Positions 21,687 to 31,656 of a stretch of DNA of 64,000 nucleotides are shown in pieces. Every line of letters starts with the position of its first letter. Within the stretch, counting starts at the first letter, position 1. The notes under the pieces are model-generated. The model had not been told where the DNA came from. It saw nothing but the letters and a program-made list of their open reading frames with translations, and searched no databases. The stretch is from Coraliomargarita sp. (GTDB taxonomy: Bacteria > Verrucomicrobiota > Verrucomicrobiia > Opitutales > Coraliomargaritaceae): NCBI GenBank assembly GCA_965216325.1, contig OZ244160.1, positions 2,880,001 through 2,944,000 on the forward strand, written 5' to 3'. The position numbers and the translations under genes were made by a program.

Positions 21687-23467
21687 ATGGATTCAAATTT
21701 ACAGTTTAAATGTCGCTGTGCAGCCATCGGCAGTCTATGTGTGACTGCGAGTCTGGTATCTTACGCAGATACGGCTCAGGTGTTTAATACGATGGACCGG
21801 AACCAAGACGGGCAGGTGACGGACGGGGAGTTTTGGACTTTCTGGAACAACAAGTTCAATGAGCGTGATAAGGATGGCGATGGTCGATTGAGCCAGTCTG
21901 AAGTGGGGGAGAGGCATCAGAGAAATGCCGACGTTAACCAGGATGGCTATGTGAGTCTGGCAGAGGAAAAGCGTTTCCGTATGGGTCATTTTGAAACGAT
22001 GGATACCAATCAGGATGGTGTGCTTCGCTTGGCTGAGATGCAGGGGGGATCCAGTGCTCGAACGCCAACGCAGAACCATCAGACTAAATTGCACGGACAG
22101 ATGGATCGCAATCAGGATGGAGTGCTTTTTGGGGCAGAAGTGAGTGCGATGGCCTTGGCGCAAGCGGATACGAATGGCGATGGGAAGGTCTCATTTGCGG
22201 AGGATCAGGCGATGCGTCGAGTGCACTTTAATTCGTTAGATAAGAATGGAGATGGGCGTGTCACATTGCAGGAAATGCAGGGCAATGCTCCGTCACCGAA
22301 GACAGTTATGGGAGAGCGGGATTTTTCGGCAGAGTTGGCTGCGTTTGAAGCACTGGCTGGACTCACGGATGCGCCAGCGGTTTGGTCTGCCGAGTCGGCG
22401 GATGCGACCGAGTCGTTGGCGGCGATTTATTATGATGCGCTGGAATGGAAGGGCAAGCCGACTAAAGTGTATGCATGGCTGGGGCTGCCCAAGAACGTCA
22501 AAGGCAAAGTACCCGGAGTGGTCCTAGTGCATGGTGGTGGCGGCACCGCTTACAAGGAGTGGGTCGAACGTTGGAATGAGCGTGGCTATGCTGCGATCAG
22601 TATTGCGGTCGAAGGGCAAACGGACGTGAAAGACAACAGTGCCTCGCGGCATAGCCCGTGGGAGCGGCATGAGTGGGCTGGCCCGCAACGCTCAGGCATT
22701 TACCATGATTCGAAACTGCCGTTTGAGGAGCAGTGGATGTACCATGCGGTGGCTGATACGATTTTGGCCAATTCGCTGCTGCGTTCTTTTCCGGAGGTCG
22801 ATTCTGAACGGATCGGTATTATGGGTATTTCATGGGGGGGGTGATTACCAGCACCGTGATCGGTATTGATCCCCGCTTTGCATTTGCCATTCCGGTGTAT
22901 GGTTGTGGCAGCTTGGCGACGGCTCCGAATCAATATGGAAAGTCTTTGGGTTCCAATGCGCTCTATCAGCAAGTGTATGATCCTGCCCTTCGCTTGAATC
23001 GCGCATCCGTGCCGACCTTATGGCTGTCGTGGGCGGGTGAAAGTCATTTCCCTTTGGATGCGCAGCAGCGTAGTTATGCGCTTCAGCCTGGTCAATATAT
23101 GGTATCCTTGGTTCCTGATATGGGGCACGGTCACGGTTCGGGGTGGATCCGCCCTGAAAGCTATGCCTTTGCGGATAGCGTGCTCAATGGCGACATGTGG
23201 TGCCGGCAGTTGAGCTCATATCTGCAAGGCCCTGCGCTGCGGGTGGACTTCACTGCCACGAAGCCGATTACCCAGGCTACACTTTGGTGGACCCGGGATA
23301 CGGGAGCAACCGGTGAGCGGGAGTGGCATTCTCTGCCTGCGACGGTTTCGCGTCGGCAAGGCAACTGGGTCGCTAAAGCATCCCTACCGGATGAGGCGAC
23401 TGCATGCTTCGTCAATGTTGAGTCCGGTCGACTGATTGCGACTTCGGACTACATGGAGCTGAAATAG
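21687..23467 (+). pseudogene. EF-hand repeat + alpha/beta-hydrolase (putative carbohydrate esterase), frameshifted at a G8 tract
   Basis: Seven DxN/DxDGxxxxxE loops; PGVVLVHGGGG; GISWGG then a frameshift at 22834-22841 into VITSTVIGIDPRFAFAIPVYGCG; later HGH. Confidence 0.85.
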
Positions 23468-23602
23468 CTGCCAGAGCGATGGCATCCGGAGACTGGCTAT
23501 CCCGTGCATACGGGATGGATGGAAGTGGATTGCCTGCTACAATAATCACAAAGTAATCCTAGACTTAGGTTTGGTTGCTATTAACAATCTTACCTCATAG
23601 CT

Positions 23603-25459
23603 ATGTATTCACTGCAATTAATTGATTACCTCGTAATTCTTGGAGTTCTGCTCTCACTCATAGGCGTTGGCCTGTATTTTACCAAAAAGGGAGGCGAGGA
23701 TATGGACTCGTTCTTCGTGTCGGGACGCTCGTTACCGTGGTATATTGGAGGTACTTCTATGATCGCGACGAGCTTCGCTGCAGATACGCCACTGTGGGTG
23801 AGCGCATTGGTGCGTAGCCATGGGGTGCACTACATTTGGCAGTTCTGGGCGCCTTTGATTGGCTCGGCGCTGGCAGTGGTCTATTTTGGCCGTAAATGGC
23901 GTCGTATGGCCTTTGTGACGGATATTGAATTTATGGAGGCCCGCTATGGCGGCACGCCGGCGAAGGCGCTGCGTGGTTGGTCCGGTGCTTGGGGCGCATT
24001 GATTATCTGCCCGCTGATTTCTGCCTGGGTGATTAAAGCGATGGAGACCATCGGTCGTGAAGCGGTTGGTCTGCCACCTGAATCTCAAGTGACGGTCACG
24101 ATTGCCGTGGTCGCAGTGGCGATCCTGATGTGTGGCCTTTCGGGCTTGTTCGGGGTTGTCTATACCGACTTTATTCAGTTCTTACTTGCGACGCTGGGCA
24201 CCTTGACTTTGGCGATTCTGGCGGTGAATGAGGTCGGTGGATTGGCGGTGTTGATCGAAAAGCTCAAGGTGATGGAGCTTTGGGGCGGCAAGGAACTCAG
24301 TATTGCACCACAAGTCGGCGGCGATGCGGGGCAGATGTCGGTCTGGAATGCGATTGGTTATTTTGGCTTTCTGTGGATCGGTGTTGGCTTGAGCGGTGCC
24401 TATCAAGCACAGCGCTTGCTTGCGAGTAAGGACGCTAAGCACGCGAGTTATGCGCAGCTGTTACACACGATTGTGTACTACGCGCTCATGGCATGGCCAT
24501 GGATCATTGTGGCGCTGTGCTCTTTGGTCCTGATCCCAGAGTTGGATACGACAGATCAAAGTGCGGCCTATCCGCGCATGATCGTTATGATTTTGCCAAT
24601 CGGTTTACGGGGCCTTCTGGTTGCCGCTCTGCTTGCAGCATTCATTTCGACAATCAGCACCCTGTTCAACTGGGGCTCCTCCTATTTGGTGAACGATATC
24701 TATCGTCGCTTCCTTAATCCGAATGCGACTGAACGGAATTACGTCTTGATTGCACGTGTCGCGACCTTCTTGATGGCGGTTGCCGGTGCATACATTTCGA
24801 TTCAAGCGGAGAACATTCAACAGCTGTTGACCTTGGCCTATGTGCTCGGTTCTGCCGGTGTGGTGCCGGGTGTCTTGCGTTGGCTCTGGTGGCGCACGAC
24901 CGGTAAGGGGGAATTGATTGCATTGGTCGTTGGCTGGATCATGACCATCTTGCTGGTCTTCGTGAATGCATTCGATGGGCCCGCGTTCGCATGGTTTGGA
25001 ATGGAGGATTTCAGCTCTAACCCGGATCTCGTCGGAGCACGTATGTTGCTGATGGTCGTGAGCGTTGGCGCTGCAGTCGTCATCGGTTCGCTGCTGACCA
25101 AGCCGGAAGAAATGGAGCAGCTGAAGCACTTTGCCTACCGTGCGCGCCCCTTCGCCTTCGGTTGGAAGCCTGTCATCCGCGAAATGAATGTCGTCTACGT
25201 TGAGCAGGAGCCGCTTGGGCGCACACTCTGCTCATGGGCCATCGCGATGACTGCGGTGATCGGCATTCTTGTCGGCGTCGGTAAGCTTCTTCTTGGTGAG
25301 CCAGTCTTCGGATTGGTGATGCTGGTGATTGGTGGCGTGGCACTGCGAGTGACGCTGCTACGTATCCGCCAAGACACCAAGGACGATGTGAACCAACCTG
25401 ACTTTTTGGAAGAACTTGAAGAAGAGGTGAAGCATCCAAGGGCATCCGCTTCGGAATAA
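23603..25459 (+). CDS. Sodium:solute symporter (SSS family)
   Basis: FFVSGRSLPW, SMIATSFAADT, GLFGVVYTDFIQ, QRLLASKD, GLRGLLVAALLAAFISTIST. Confidence 0.93.
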   Translation: MYSLQLIDYLVILGVLLSLIGVGLYFTKKGGEDMDSFFVSGRSLPWYIGGTSMIATSFAADTPLWVSALVRSHGVHYIWQFWAPLIGSALAVVYFGRKWRRMAFVTDIEFMEARYGGTPAKALRGWSGAWGALIICPLISAWVIKAMETIGREAVGLPPESQVTVTIAVVAVAILMCGLSGLFGVVYTDFIQFLLATLGTLTLAILAVNEVGGLAVLIEKLKVMELWGGKELSIAPQVGGDAGQMSVWNAIGYFGFLWIGVGLSGAYQAQRLLASKDAKHASYAQLLHTIVYYALMAWPWIIVALCSLVLIPELDTTDQSAAYPRMIVMILPIGLRGLLVAALLAAFISTISTLFNWGSSYLVNDIYRRFLNPNATERNYVLIARVATFLMAVAGAYISIQAENIQQLLTLAYVLGSAGVVPGVLRWLWWRTTGKGELIALVVGWIMTILLVFVNAFDGPAFAWFGMEDFSSNPDLVGARMLLMVVSVGAAVVIGSLLTKPEEMEQLKHFAYRARPFAFGWKPVIREMNVVYVEQEPLGRTLCSWAIAMTAVIGILVGVGKLLLGEPVFGLVMLVIGGVALRVTLLRIRQDTKDDVNQPDFLEELEEEVKHPRASASE

Positions 25460-25481
25460 AGCCCTAAGATTTTTGAGAGAA

Positions 25482-27941
25482 ATGAACTTAAAGACATATC
25501 ATACTGAGTTTAGTGAGCAGTCATCTGTATTGCAGATGGCTCAGCCTGCAGGCTGGTGGCGTGATGCCTGGCCACTGGGGAATGGTCGCCTGGGAGCGAT
25601 GCCCTATGGTCGCTTGTGCGAAGAGCGCATCCTGATTAACCATGAGCGCCTCTGGTATGGCGGTATTATTCCCGATCTACCGGATATCTCCGACTTATTA
25701 CCGAAGTGCCGCGAGTTGATTGAGCAAGGTGAGCAGCTCAAGGCGAACGAACTCTACTGGGATGCTTTGAAAGAGCAGGGCAAAGAAGGTCGTTGTGCGG
25801 TCTACCATCCAGCTGCGGACCTTTGCTTTAGCTCGATCTCGCAGTCCTGCTTTAAGAATTATCAGCGTTACCTGAGCCTACGTGATGCCGAAGCGCTCAC
25901 TTATTGGGAGTGGGATGCACAGCCACAGATTCGCCGCAGCTTTGTCTCGCGTGCGGATGATTGCATCGTTGTGGAACAGCAGGGGACTGGCCTCGCGGCT
26001 CAGGATTGGGAGTTGAAACTCGAACTTCACGAAATGCTGGATGCGATTCGTTTCGACGGTGAGCTGTTTGAGCCGGAAATCGACTTTAAGGCCTCGGCCG
26101 ATGGTGAATGGCTCGTCGGCCTGGGGCGCTATACCGATCCAGTCTATGACAATGCCGAGTATGGTATTGTGGCACGTGTGCTGACTGACGGTGCGGCTGC
26201 ATCTGTTGTAGTGAAGGACAGTTCATTTGTGCTTTCCGGTGCGGAGTCGGTCCTGGTTGTCGCAAAGGTCTTTGTTTATGAAGACTCGGCGGCTGCAGTG
26301 GATCGCTTGAAGGCGGAGATCCTTGAGCTGGGTGGCGACTACGCGAAGCTGCAGCAACGTCATGTAGCTGAGTTCCGTCCACGCTACGATGCGTGCACGG
26401 TCGAATTCGACAATGCGGATGCGACGGCACACACGAACGAGCAACTATTGCTGAATGCTTACTCCGGGAATGTTCCGGTAGAACTCTTGCAGAAGATGCT
26501 CAACTATGGCCGCTATCTGTTGCTCAATAGTTCTGATGAGACTTCAGTTCCCTCCAACTTGCAGGGGATTTGGAATGGTGATTACGCCCCGCCTTGGGAC
26601 TGTTTCTTCATGATCAATGAAAACTTGCTCATGAACTACTGGCAGGCCTTGCCTGGTGGTATGACGCACGAGGCGCTTGGTGTGTTTGAATTCTATGAGT
26701 CCAACTTGAAGGACTATCAGGAGAATGCAAAAAAGCTCTATGGTTGCCGCGGTATCTTTATTCCTGCGCTGACTTCGCCTGAAACTGGGCTTTCAACGCA
26801 CGGTGGCTCTTGGATCGTAAATTGGATCTCGGGTGCAGGCTGGCTCTGCCAACTGTTCTACGATTATTACCTCTTTACTCGTGATGAGGCATTCTTGCGT
26901 GACCGTCTCTTGCCGTTCATGCGTGAAGTTGCGCTCTTCTATGAAGATTACTTCAGTTTTGATGCTGCGGGCAAGGTGGTGATCTCACCATCAACTTCAC
27001 CTGAGAACTGGCCGAAGGAAGCGTGCGCGATTAAGTCGCCCACTGCGATTCATCCACGACTGACGGTGAATGCGACAATGGACGTTGCGATTGCACGCGA
27101 GTTGCTGTCGAACCTCCTGTCCGGTTGCCGCCAGTTTGAGCTGTTTGCGGAGTCTTACGAGCGCTGGGAATGCATTCTTGAAGGCCTGCCTGGTTATGAG
27201 GTGAATGAAGATGGTGCGATCCGTGAATGGTTGGATCATCGCTTCTCCGACAACTACGAGCACCGCCACTTGTCACACATTTATCCCGTGTTCCCTGGCT
27301 TTGAAGTCACTGAGGAGTCGCATCCGTCGCTGTATCCAGCGTTTAAGACTGCGGTTGCGAAGCGTGGCACGGTGGGCTTGAAGGATCAAACTGGTTGGTC
27401 GCTCTCACACATGTCCAATATTCTTGCTCGCATGGGGGAGGGGGCACAGGCCTTTGAGTGTTTGGAAATTCTAATGCAGACCTGTGTCGGCAAAAACTTC
27501 TTTACTTACCACAATGACTACCGCGGTTCAGGGGTATCCGTTGATTGGTATTTCGGGCGTTCCACTCCATTTCAGATTGATGCCAATATGGGTTTCACTT
27601 CTGCGGTTTATGAGATGCTGGTGCAGTCTGATCCACAGCGTATTAAGTTGTTGCCTGCGCTGCCTGCGCAGTTGCCTGCAGGAAGTGTTCAGGGGATGCG
27701 TACTCGTGCTGCAGTGACCGTAGATATGGCATGGCAGTTTGAGCCATACGAACTTGATTGCAGCTTTACATCGGCTGTGGATCAAACAGTTCTGGTCCAG
27801 CTGCCGGACGCTGCCAGCTTGGATGCAGGTGAGGGCGTGCGTTCTGTTAACGAGCGTTGCTACGAACTCGAACTGAAAGCTGGTGTCTCGGTAGAGGTGA
27901 AGTGGGCGTTGCCTCAGCAGAAAACTGCGACTCAGGTTTGA
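25482..27941 (+). CDS. GH95 alpha-L-fucosidase/galactosidase, no signal peptide
   Basis: PLGNGRLGAM, GRYLL, NLQGIWN, NENLLMNYW, SPEN, HRHLSH, FQIDANMG. Confidence 0.92.
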   Translation: MNLKTYHTEFSEQSSVLQMAQPAGWWRDAWPLGNGRLGAMPYGRLCEERILINHERLWYGGIIPDLPDISDLLPKCRELIEQGEQLKANELYWDALKEQGKEGRCAVYHPAADLCFSSISQSCFKNYQRYLSLRDAEALTYWEWDAQPQIRRSFVSRADDCIVVEQQGTGLAAQDWELKLELHEMLDAIRFDGELFEPEIDFKASADGEWLVGLGRYTDPVYDNAEYGIVARVLTDGAAASVVVKDSSFVLSGAESVLVVAKVFVYEDSAAAVDRLKAEILELGGDYAKLQQRHVAEFRPRYDACTVEFDNADATAHTNEQLLLNAYSGNVPVELLQKMLNYGRYLLLNSSDETSVPSNLQGIWNGDYAPPWDCFFMINENLLMNYWQALPGGMTHEALGVFEFYESNLKDYQENAKKLYGCRGIFIPALTSPETGLSTHGGSWIVNWISGAGWLCQLFYDYYLFTRDEAFLRDRLLPFMREVALFYEDYFSFDAAGKVVISPSTSPENWPKEACAIKSPTAIHPRLTVNATMDVAIARELLSNLLSGCRQFELFAESYERWECILEGLPGYEVNEDGAIREWLDHRFSDNYEHRHLSHIYPVFPGFEVTEESHPSLYPAFKTAVAKRGTVGLKDQTGWSLSHMSNILARMGEGAQAFECLEILMQTCVGKNFFTYHNDYRGSGVSVDWYFGRSTPFQIDANMGFTSAVYEMLVQSDPQRIKLLPALPAQLPAGSVQGMRTRAAVTVDMAWQFEPYELDCSFTSAVDQTVLVQLPDAASLDAGEGVRSVNERCYELELKAGVSVEVKWALPQQKTATQV

Positions 27942-27986
27942 TCCACTCGATTAACGAAATCTCTTCCACCTACCAATACTTCCCGT

Positions 27987-30410
27987 ATGCGTTTCCGTAT
28001 TACTTCAATCCTCGCTTCAATCTTCACTGTGGGCCTGTTGGGCTCACCAGTTATTGCTCAGGCGGATAAACCGCTCATGCCTGATGGCGTTGACCAGATC
28101 TACTTGGCGTGGGTCAACGGGCCGCCGCAGTTGCAGGCCTTTTTACCTGAAGATGAGCACTTGGCGGGCTTCCGCGAAGAACATGCCTTGCTTGGGCTGC
28201 GAAGTGGTCAGTGGGGGATGGTCTTGGACCCGCGTAAGCTGGAGATTACGCATCTGACTCACAAATCGACCGATGCCTCTGTGGAGGATCTGCTCGACTT
28301 TGAACAGATTCAAAAAGCTTGGGCGACTGCAAAACTAAAGCTTGAGGTGGGCCATCGTGATCAGGTCTATCGGCCGAAGGGAGGCCCGCTCCCAAGTATT
28401 AAAGAGGATTACAAGTATTCGCCGATTCATATCGTTGAGAGTGGTGAGTGGTTTCAACACATTGCGATCTACGATTTAGTGCTGGAAAATGACGGGGGGG
28501 AGACCTTGGAGGCGGACACTTGGATTGAAATCCGCGCCTGGGGTGATCAGTTGCTGGTCGAGTGGTTTGTGCATCCCAAAGTGAAGGGACTGACGAAACT
28601 CTACTTGGATTTCGAGGCAGAGGGAATTGAACGCTCAGTGATCTCGCATGCGGGCAGCGTTCAGTTGAGCATCGTGTTCGAGGACGACAAGCTTCTCGAG
28701 ATCCCCGATCAAGCAGGTGTTGAGATGGCCGTCAGCGCGCGCGAAGGTTTCTCGGATTTGCAGCCGAGTGTGAATTATTCAAAGAGAACGGATGCTTGGG
28801 AGCTGCAAATCCCACGACAGGATTGGGACAATCCTACGGGGGCAGCTTATCCAGAAGCACTCTTGGATCGCGTGTCCAAGTTCGATCTCACGCTGCGGAA
28901 TACTTCGGACCACGTGCGTGAGGTGCGCTTGCGTATGCTGCATGATTACCACCCGCTGACCGGTTACGTGCCGATGTTGCTGGATGCGGATGGCCAACAC
29001 ACAGGTCTGCCGATTCAGAATAGCAAGAACTGGCACGTTCTGAAGAAGGAACCGTTCCCTTATGAAGGCAGCTGGATTAATCAGACTGCCCGCTTGAAGC
29101 TCGAGCCAAATTCAGAGGTCGAGCTTCGCTACGAGGTGGTGCACGCTCTCTGGCAGGGCTTGCCCGCTTCTTCAGTGGCTCAATTGAGCTTGGTCGGATG
29201 GGGCTTTAATGGTTTTTGGACGCAGATGGCGCTGGGTGCCTGGGGGGAATCGATTTGTATTCAGCCAGGCCGCACGATGCGTCGTTCCTACATCACGGAT
29301 GTGCGTCCCTTCATGGTGCGTTCAATGTATGATATGAACTACGATTGGACGGCTAACATGGGCGGGGCCGACTTGCTCAAAGTCGTGGATGCAGATGGGA
29401 AATACATCCCATGGGTCGGCTCCATTACGGATTACAAGATGATCGGTCCGAATCTCTCGCATGTAGAGGTTGTTGAGCGTAGTAGTGACGATCGCTTGCG
29501 TGTGAAGATCGATACCTACTTGCCGATCAGCAATTCGATCAACCGCTCTTATTTTAAGGTCCGTATGGATGTGCTAGAGGACCTCGATCTTAGTGAGCTG
29601 ACTTTGATGCAGCTCGGCGCGGATTACTATAATGATGCGAATTCGTCCAAGGTTGCTTGGGGTAATGCAGATCAACTGATCAAGGAGCTACAGCCCAAGA
29701 AGAAAGAGCGGGGCAACAAGGAAGAGCAGCCCATGCAGCTCGCCGCGAAGGACTCGTGGTTGTGCCTCTTTGGCAATATTTCGCCCCATAAAAATGTGGG
29801 TCAAGGCGTGCGTGGCGTCGTCTTACGTAACTTCACTGCCAAGCTTGGTGAGCAGGAATATGATTCCGCCTGGGCGCAAGCAATCTGGTCGGGCAATCAG
29901 AGCTTGGGGGCTGAGTTACAATTGGCTCCTGATACGACGAAATTAACCGCAGGCGACTACATTGAATTCGATTTTGAATTCCTCATTCTGCCGATTACTG
30001 CGGAGTCCTATTTCGGTCCGGATGCAGCTCTCAAGGAGCGTCTTGCTGCCGATGAAGACAACTGGCCTTTGGTCGCACATGAGGTGACACACCAGAAGCT
30101 TTTTGTAAATGGTGAGGAGGCTGGTTATCCGGCAGTTCTGGAGTCCTCTGCAATTAATGGCCAAATCATTGAAGTGGAATCTGCCGGCACCTTAAACGTG
30201 TTGTTGGTGACGGGGCTACCAGATGCAGGAGCCACTTGGGGATTCTATGAACTGCAAGGTGAGGAAATCTCAGCGATGGGAGCGCGCTACAAAGTAGAGG
30301 CGAATCCACAAGTCGACTTTGATCCTAAATCCGGCACATGGACCGCAGTCTTCTGTATCCAATTTGAGGATACCTGCCGTAAGCGTCAGTTTAAACTAGA
30401 GCTTCAGTAA
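27987..30410 (+). CDS. Secreted 807-aa protein of unknown family
   Basis: Sec signal peptide (MRFRITSILASIFTVGLLGSPVIAQA); intact ORF 45 bp after GH95; paralogue at 12835-14260. Confidence 0.85.
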   Translation: MRFRITSILASIFTVGLLGSPVIAQADKPLMPDGVDQIYLAWVNGPPQLQAFLPEDEHLAGFREEHALLGLRSGQWGMVLDPRKLEITHLTHKSTDASVEDLLDFEQIQKAWATAKLKLEVGHRDQVYRPKGGPLPSIKEDYKYSPIHIVESGEWFQHIAIYDLVLENDGGETLEADTWIEIRAWGDQLLVEWFVHPKVKGLTKLYLDFEAEGIERSVISHAGSVQLSIVFEDDKLLEIPDQAGVEMAVSAREGFSDLQPSVNYSKRTDAWELQIPRQDWDNPTGAAYPEALLDRVSKFDLTLRNTSDHVREVRLRMLHDYHPLTGYVPMLLDADGQHTGLPIQNSKNWHVLKKEPFPYEGSWINQTARLKLEPNSEVELRYEVVHALWQGLPASSVAQLSLVGWGFNGFWTQMALGAWGESICIQPGRTMRRSYITDVRPFMVRSMYDMNYDWTANMGGADLLKVVDADGKYIPWVGSITDYKMIGPNLSHVEVVERSSDDRLRVKIDTYLPISNSINRSYFKVRMDVLEDLDLSELTLMQLGADYYNDANSSKVAWGNADQLIKELQPKKKERGNKEEQPMQLAAKDSWLCLFGNISPHKNVGQGVRGVVLRNFTAKLGEQEYDSAWAQAIWSGNQSLGAELQLAPDTTKLTAGDYIEFDFEFLILPITAESYFGPDAALKERLAADEDNWPLVAHEVTHQKLFVNGEEAGYPAVLESSAINGQIIEVESAGTLNVLLVTGLPDAGATWGFYELQGEEISAMGARYKVEANPQVDFDPKSGTWTAVFCIQFEDTCRKRQFKLELQ

Positions 30411-30440
30411 CAGACGGAGCGTATTGAAACGGCCAACCTT

Positions 30441-31113
30441 ATGCCCAGTATGTTTCAGCGAGTCGCGGTGATGATGACACTATTTGCTGGAACAGTATGG
30501 GGCGAGGGGCCAGTTGCAGGATGGCCGAGTCGGGCGGATGATTTGGATGTCTTGCCTGGCTTTCAGAATCCGCCTCCCGGTTAAGGAGAGGTGCCGTTTT
30601 GGTGGTGGTCAGGTGAGGCGCTGGATGTTGATCGTCTGTTGTGGCAGCTGCATGAGTTGCATGCTAAAGGTGTCAGCGGTGTGCAGGTCAATTATTCGCA
30701 CACCGATACACCCGGTTGGCCGACGGATGTCAGTGAACCGGCGATCTTTTCGGACGCTTGGTGGGGCATTTATTCTCAAGTGTCTGAGGAGTGCGGAAAA
30801 CACGGCATGGGCATTGGCTTGAGCACCTACACTTTGGATTGGCCATGGGGCGGGGAGAATCTCTTTGGAGAGTTGTTTTATTCAAAGCCGGAGCTCAATG
30901 CACGGGAGATCCATGTGGTTGCACGCAGGCAGGTGCCCGAGGGAGAGACCATGAAGCACGATGTGAGTGAGCGTGCGATTGCGATCCGAGCCTATCCATA
31001 TACTGAAGGAAAATTACAACATGGAGGCATCGACCTCAGTGCTGCGATTGTGGATGGTCAGTTGTCATGGACTGCGCCCCAGGGAGATTGGGAAGTGTGG
31101 GAGTTTGAAGATG
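30441..31113 (+). pseudogene. N-terminal fragment of a GH106-like glycoside hydrolase
   Basis: Signal peptide, then GFQNPPPG*GEVPFWWWSG...QLHELHAKGVSGVQV...FSDAWW. TAA at 30582; truncated by fusion to IS sequence. Confidence 0.7.
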
Positions 31114-31656
31114 TGAGCGAAGCGCCCGAGCAGGTATACGCGCACTACTGCGAGCGGGGCGAAATGGAGAATAAAATCAAAGAACAAATGATGCTCTTCA
31201 GTGACCGCACCAGTGCTTCAAACTGGTGGGCGAACCAGTGGCGGGTGCTCCTGTCTTCACTCGCTTACGTGCTCATGGACACGATTCGCCGTATCGGATT
31301 GGCAGGCATCAAATTGGAACGCGCCACCGTGCACAGCATACGGATCAAACTCGTGAAGATCGCTTGCCTGATTGAACGAAAACGCAGCCGCTGGCTGTTC
31401 CGGCTCAGCGTCGCATGTCCCGATCAACAAGCCTTTGCCGCATGTGCGGCCAAACTACATCCCACTTAAAATCCACCTTCGCGCTTCACCCTGCGGCTCA
31501 ACTCCAGAGGAAGCCAAATATACGCAGGGATAGAGCTAAGCTATGCTTACAGATAAAAGCTAACGCTTTTTACCTGCGATTCGGTAGTCCCTTTACACCA
31601 ACTGAGCGAAAAAAGATCAACCTGACCAAGACAAACCCATTCATGCAATATACGGG
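31114..31656 (+). mobile_element. 3' part of an IS1380-family element (transposase C-terminus to 31469 plus right end)
   Basis: YCERGEMENKIKEQ..LFSDRTS..WWANQWRVLLSSLAYVL..IRIKLVKIA; probable terminal IR ...TCATGCAATATACGGG ends at 31656, followed by CTAA. Confidence 0.85.
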
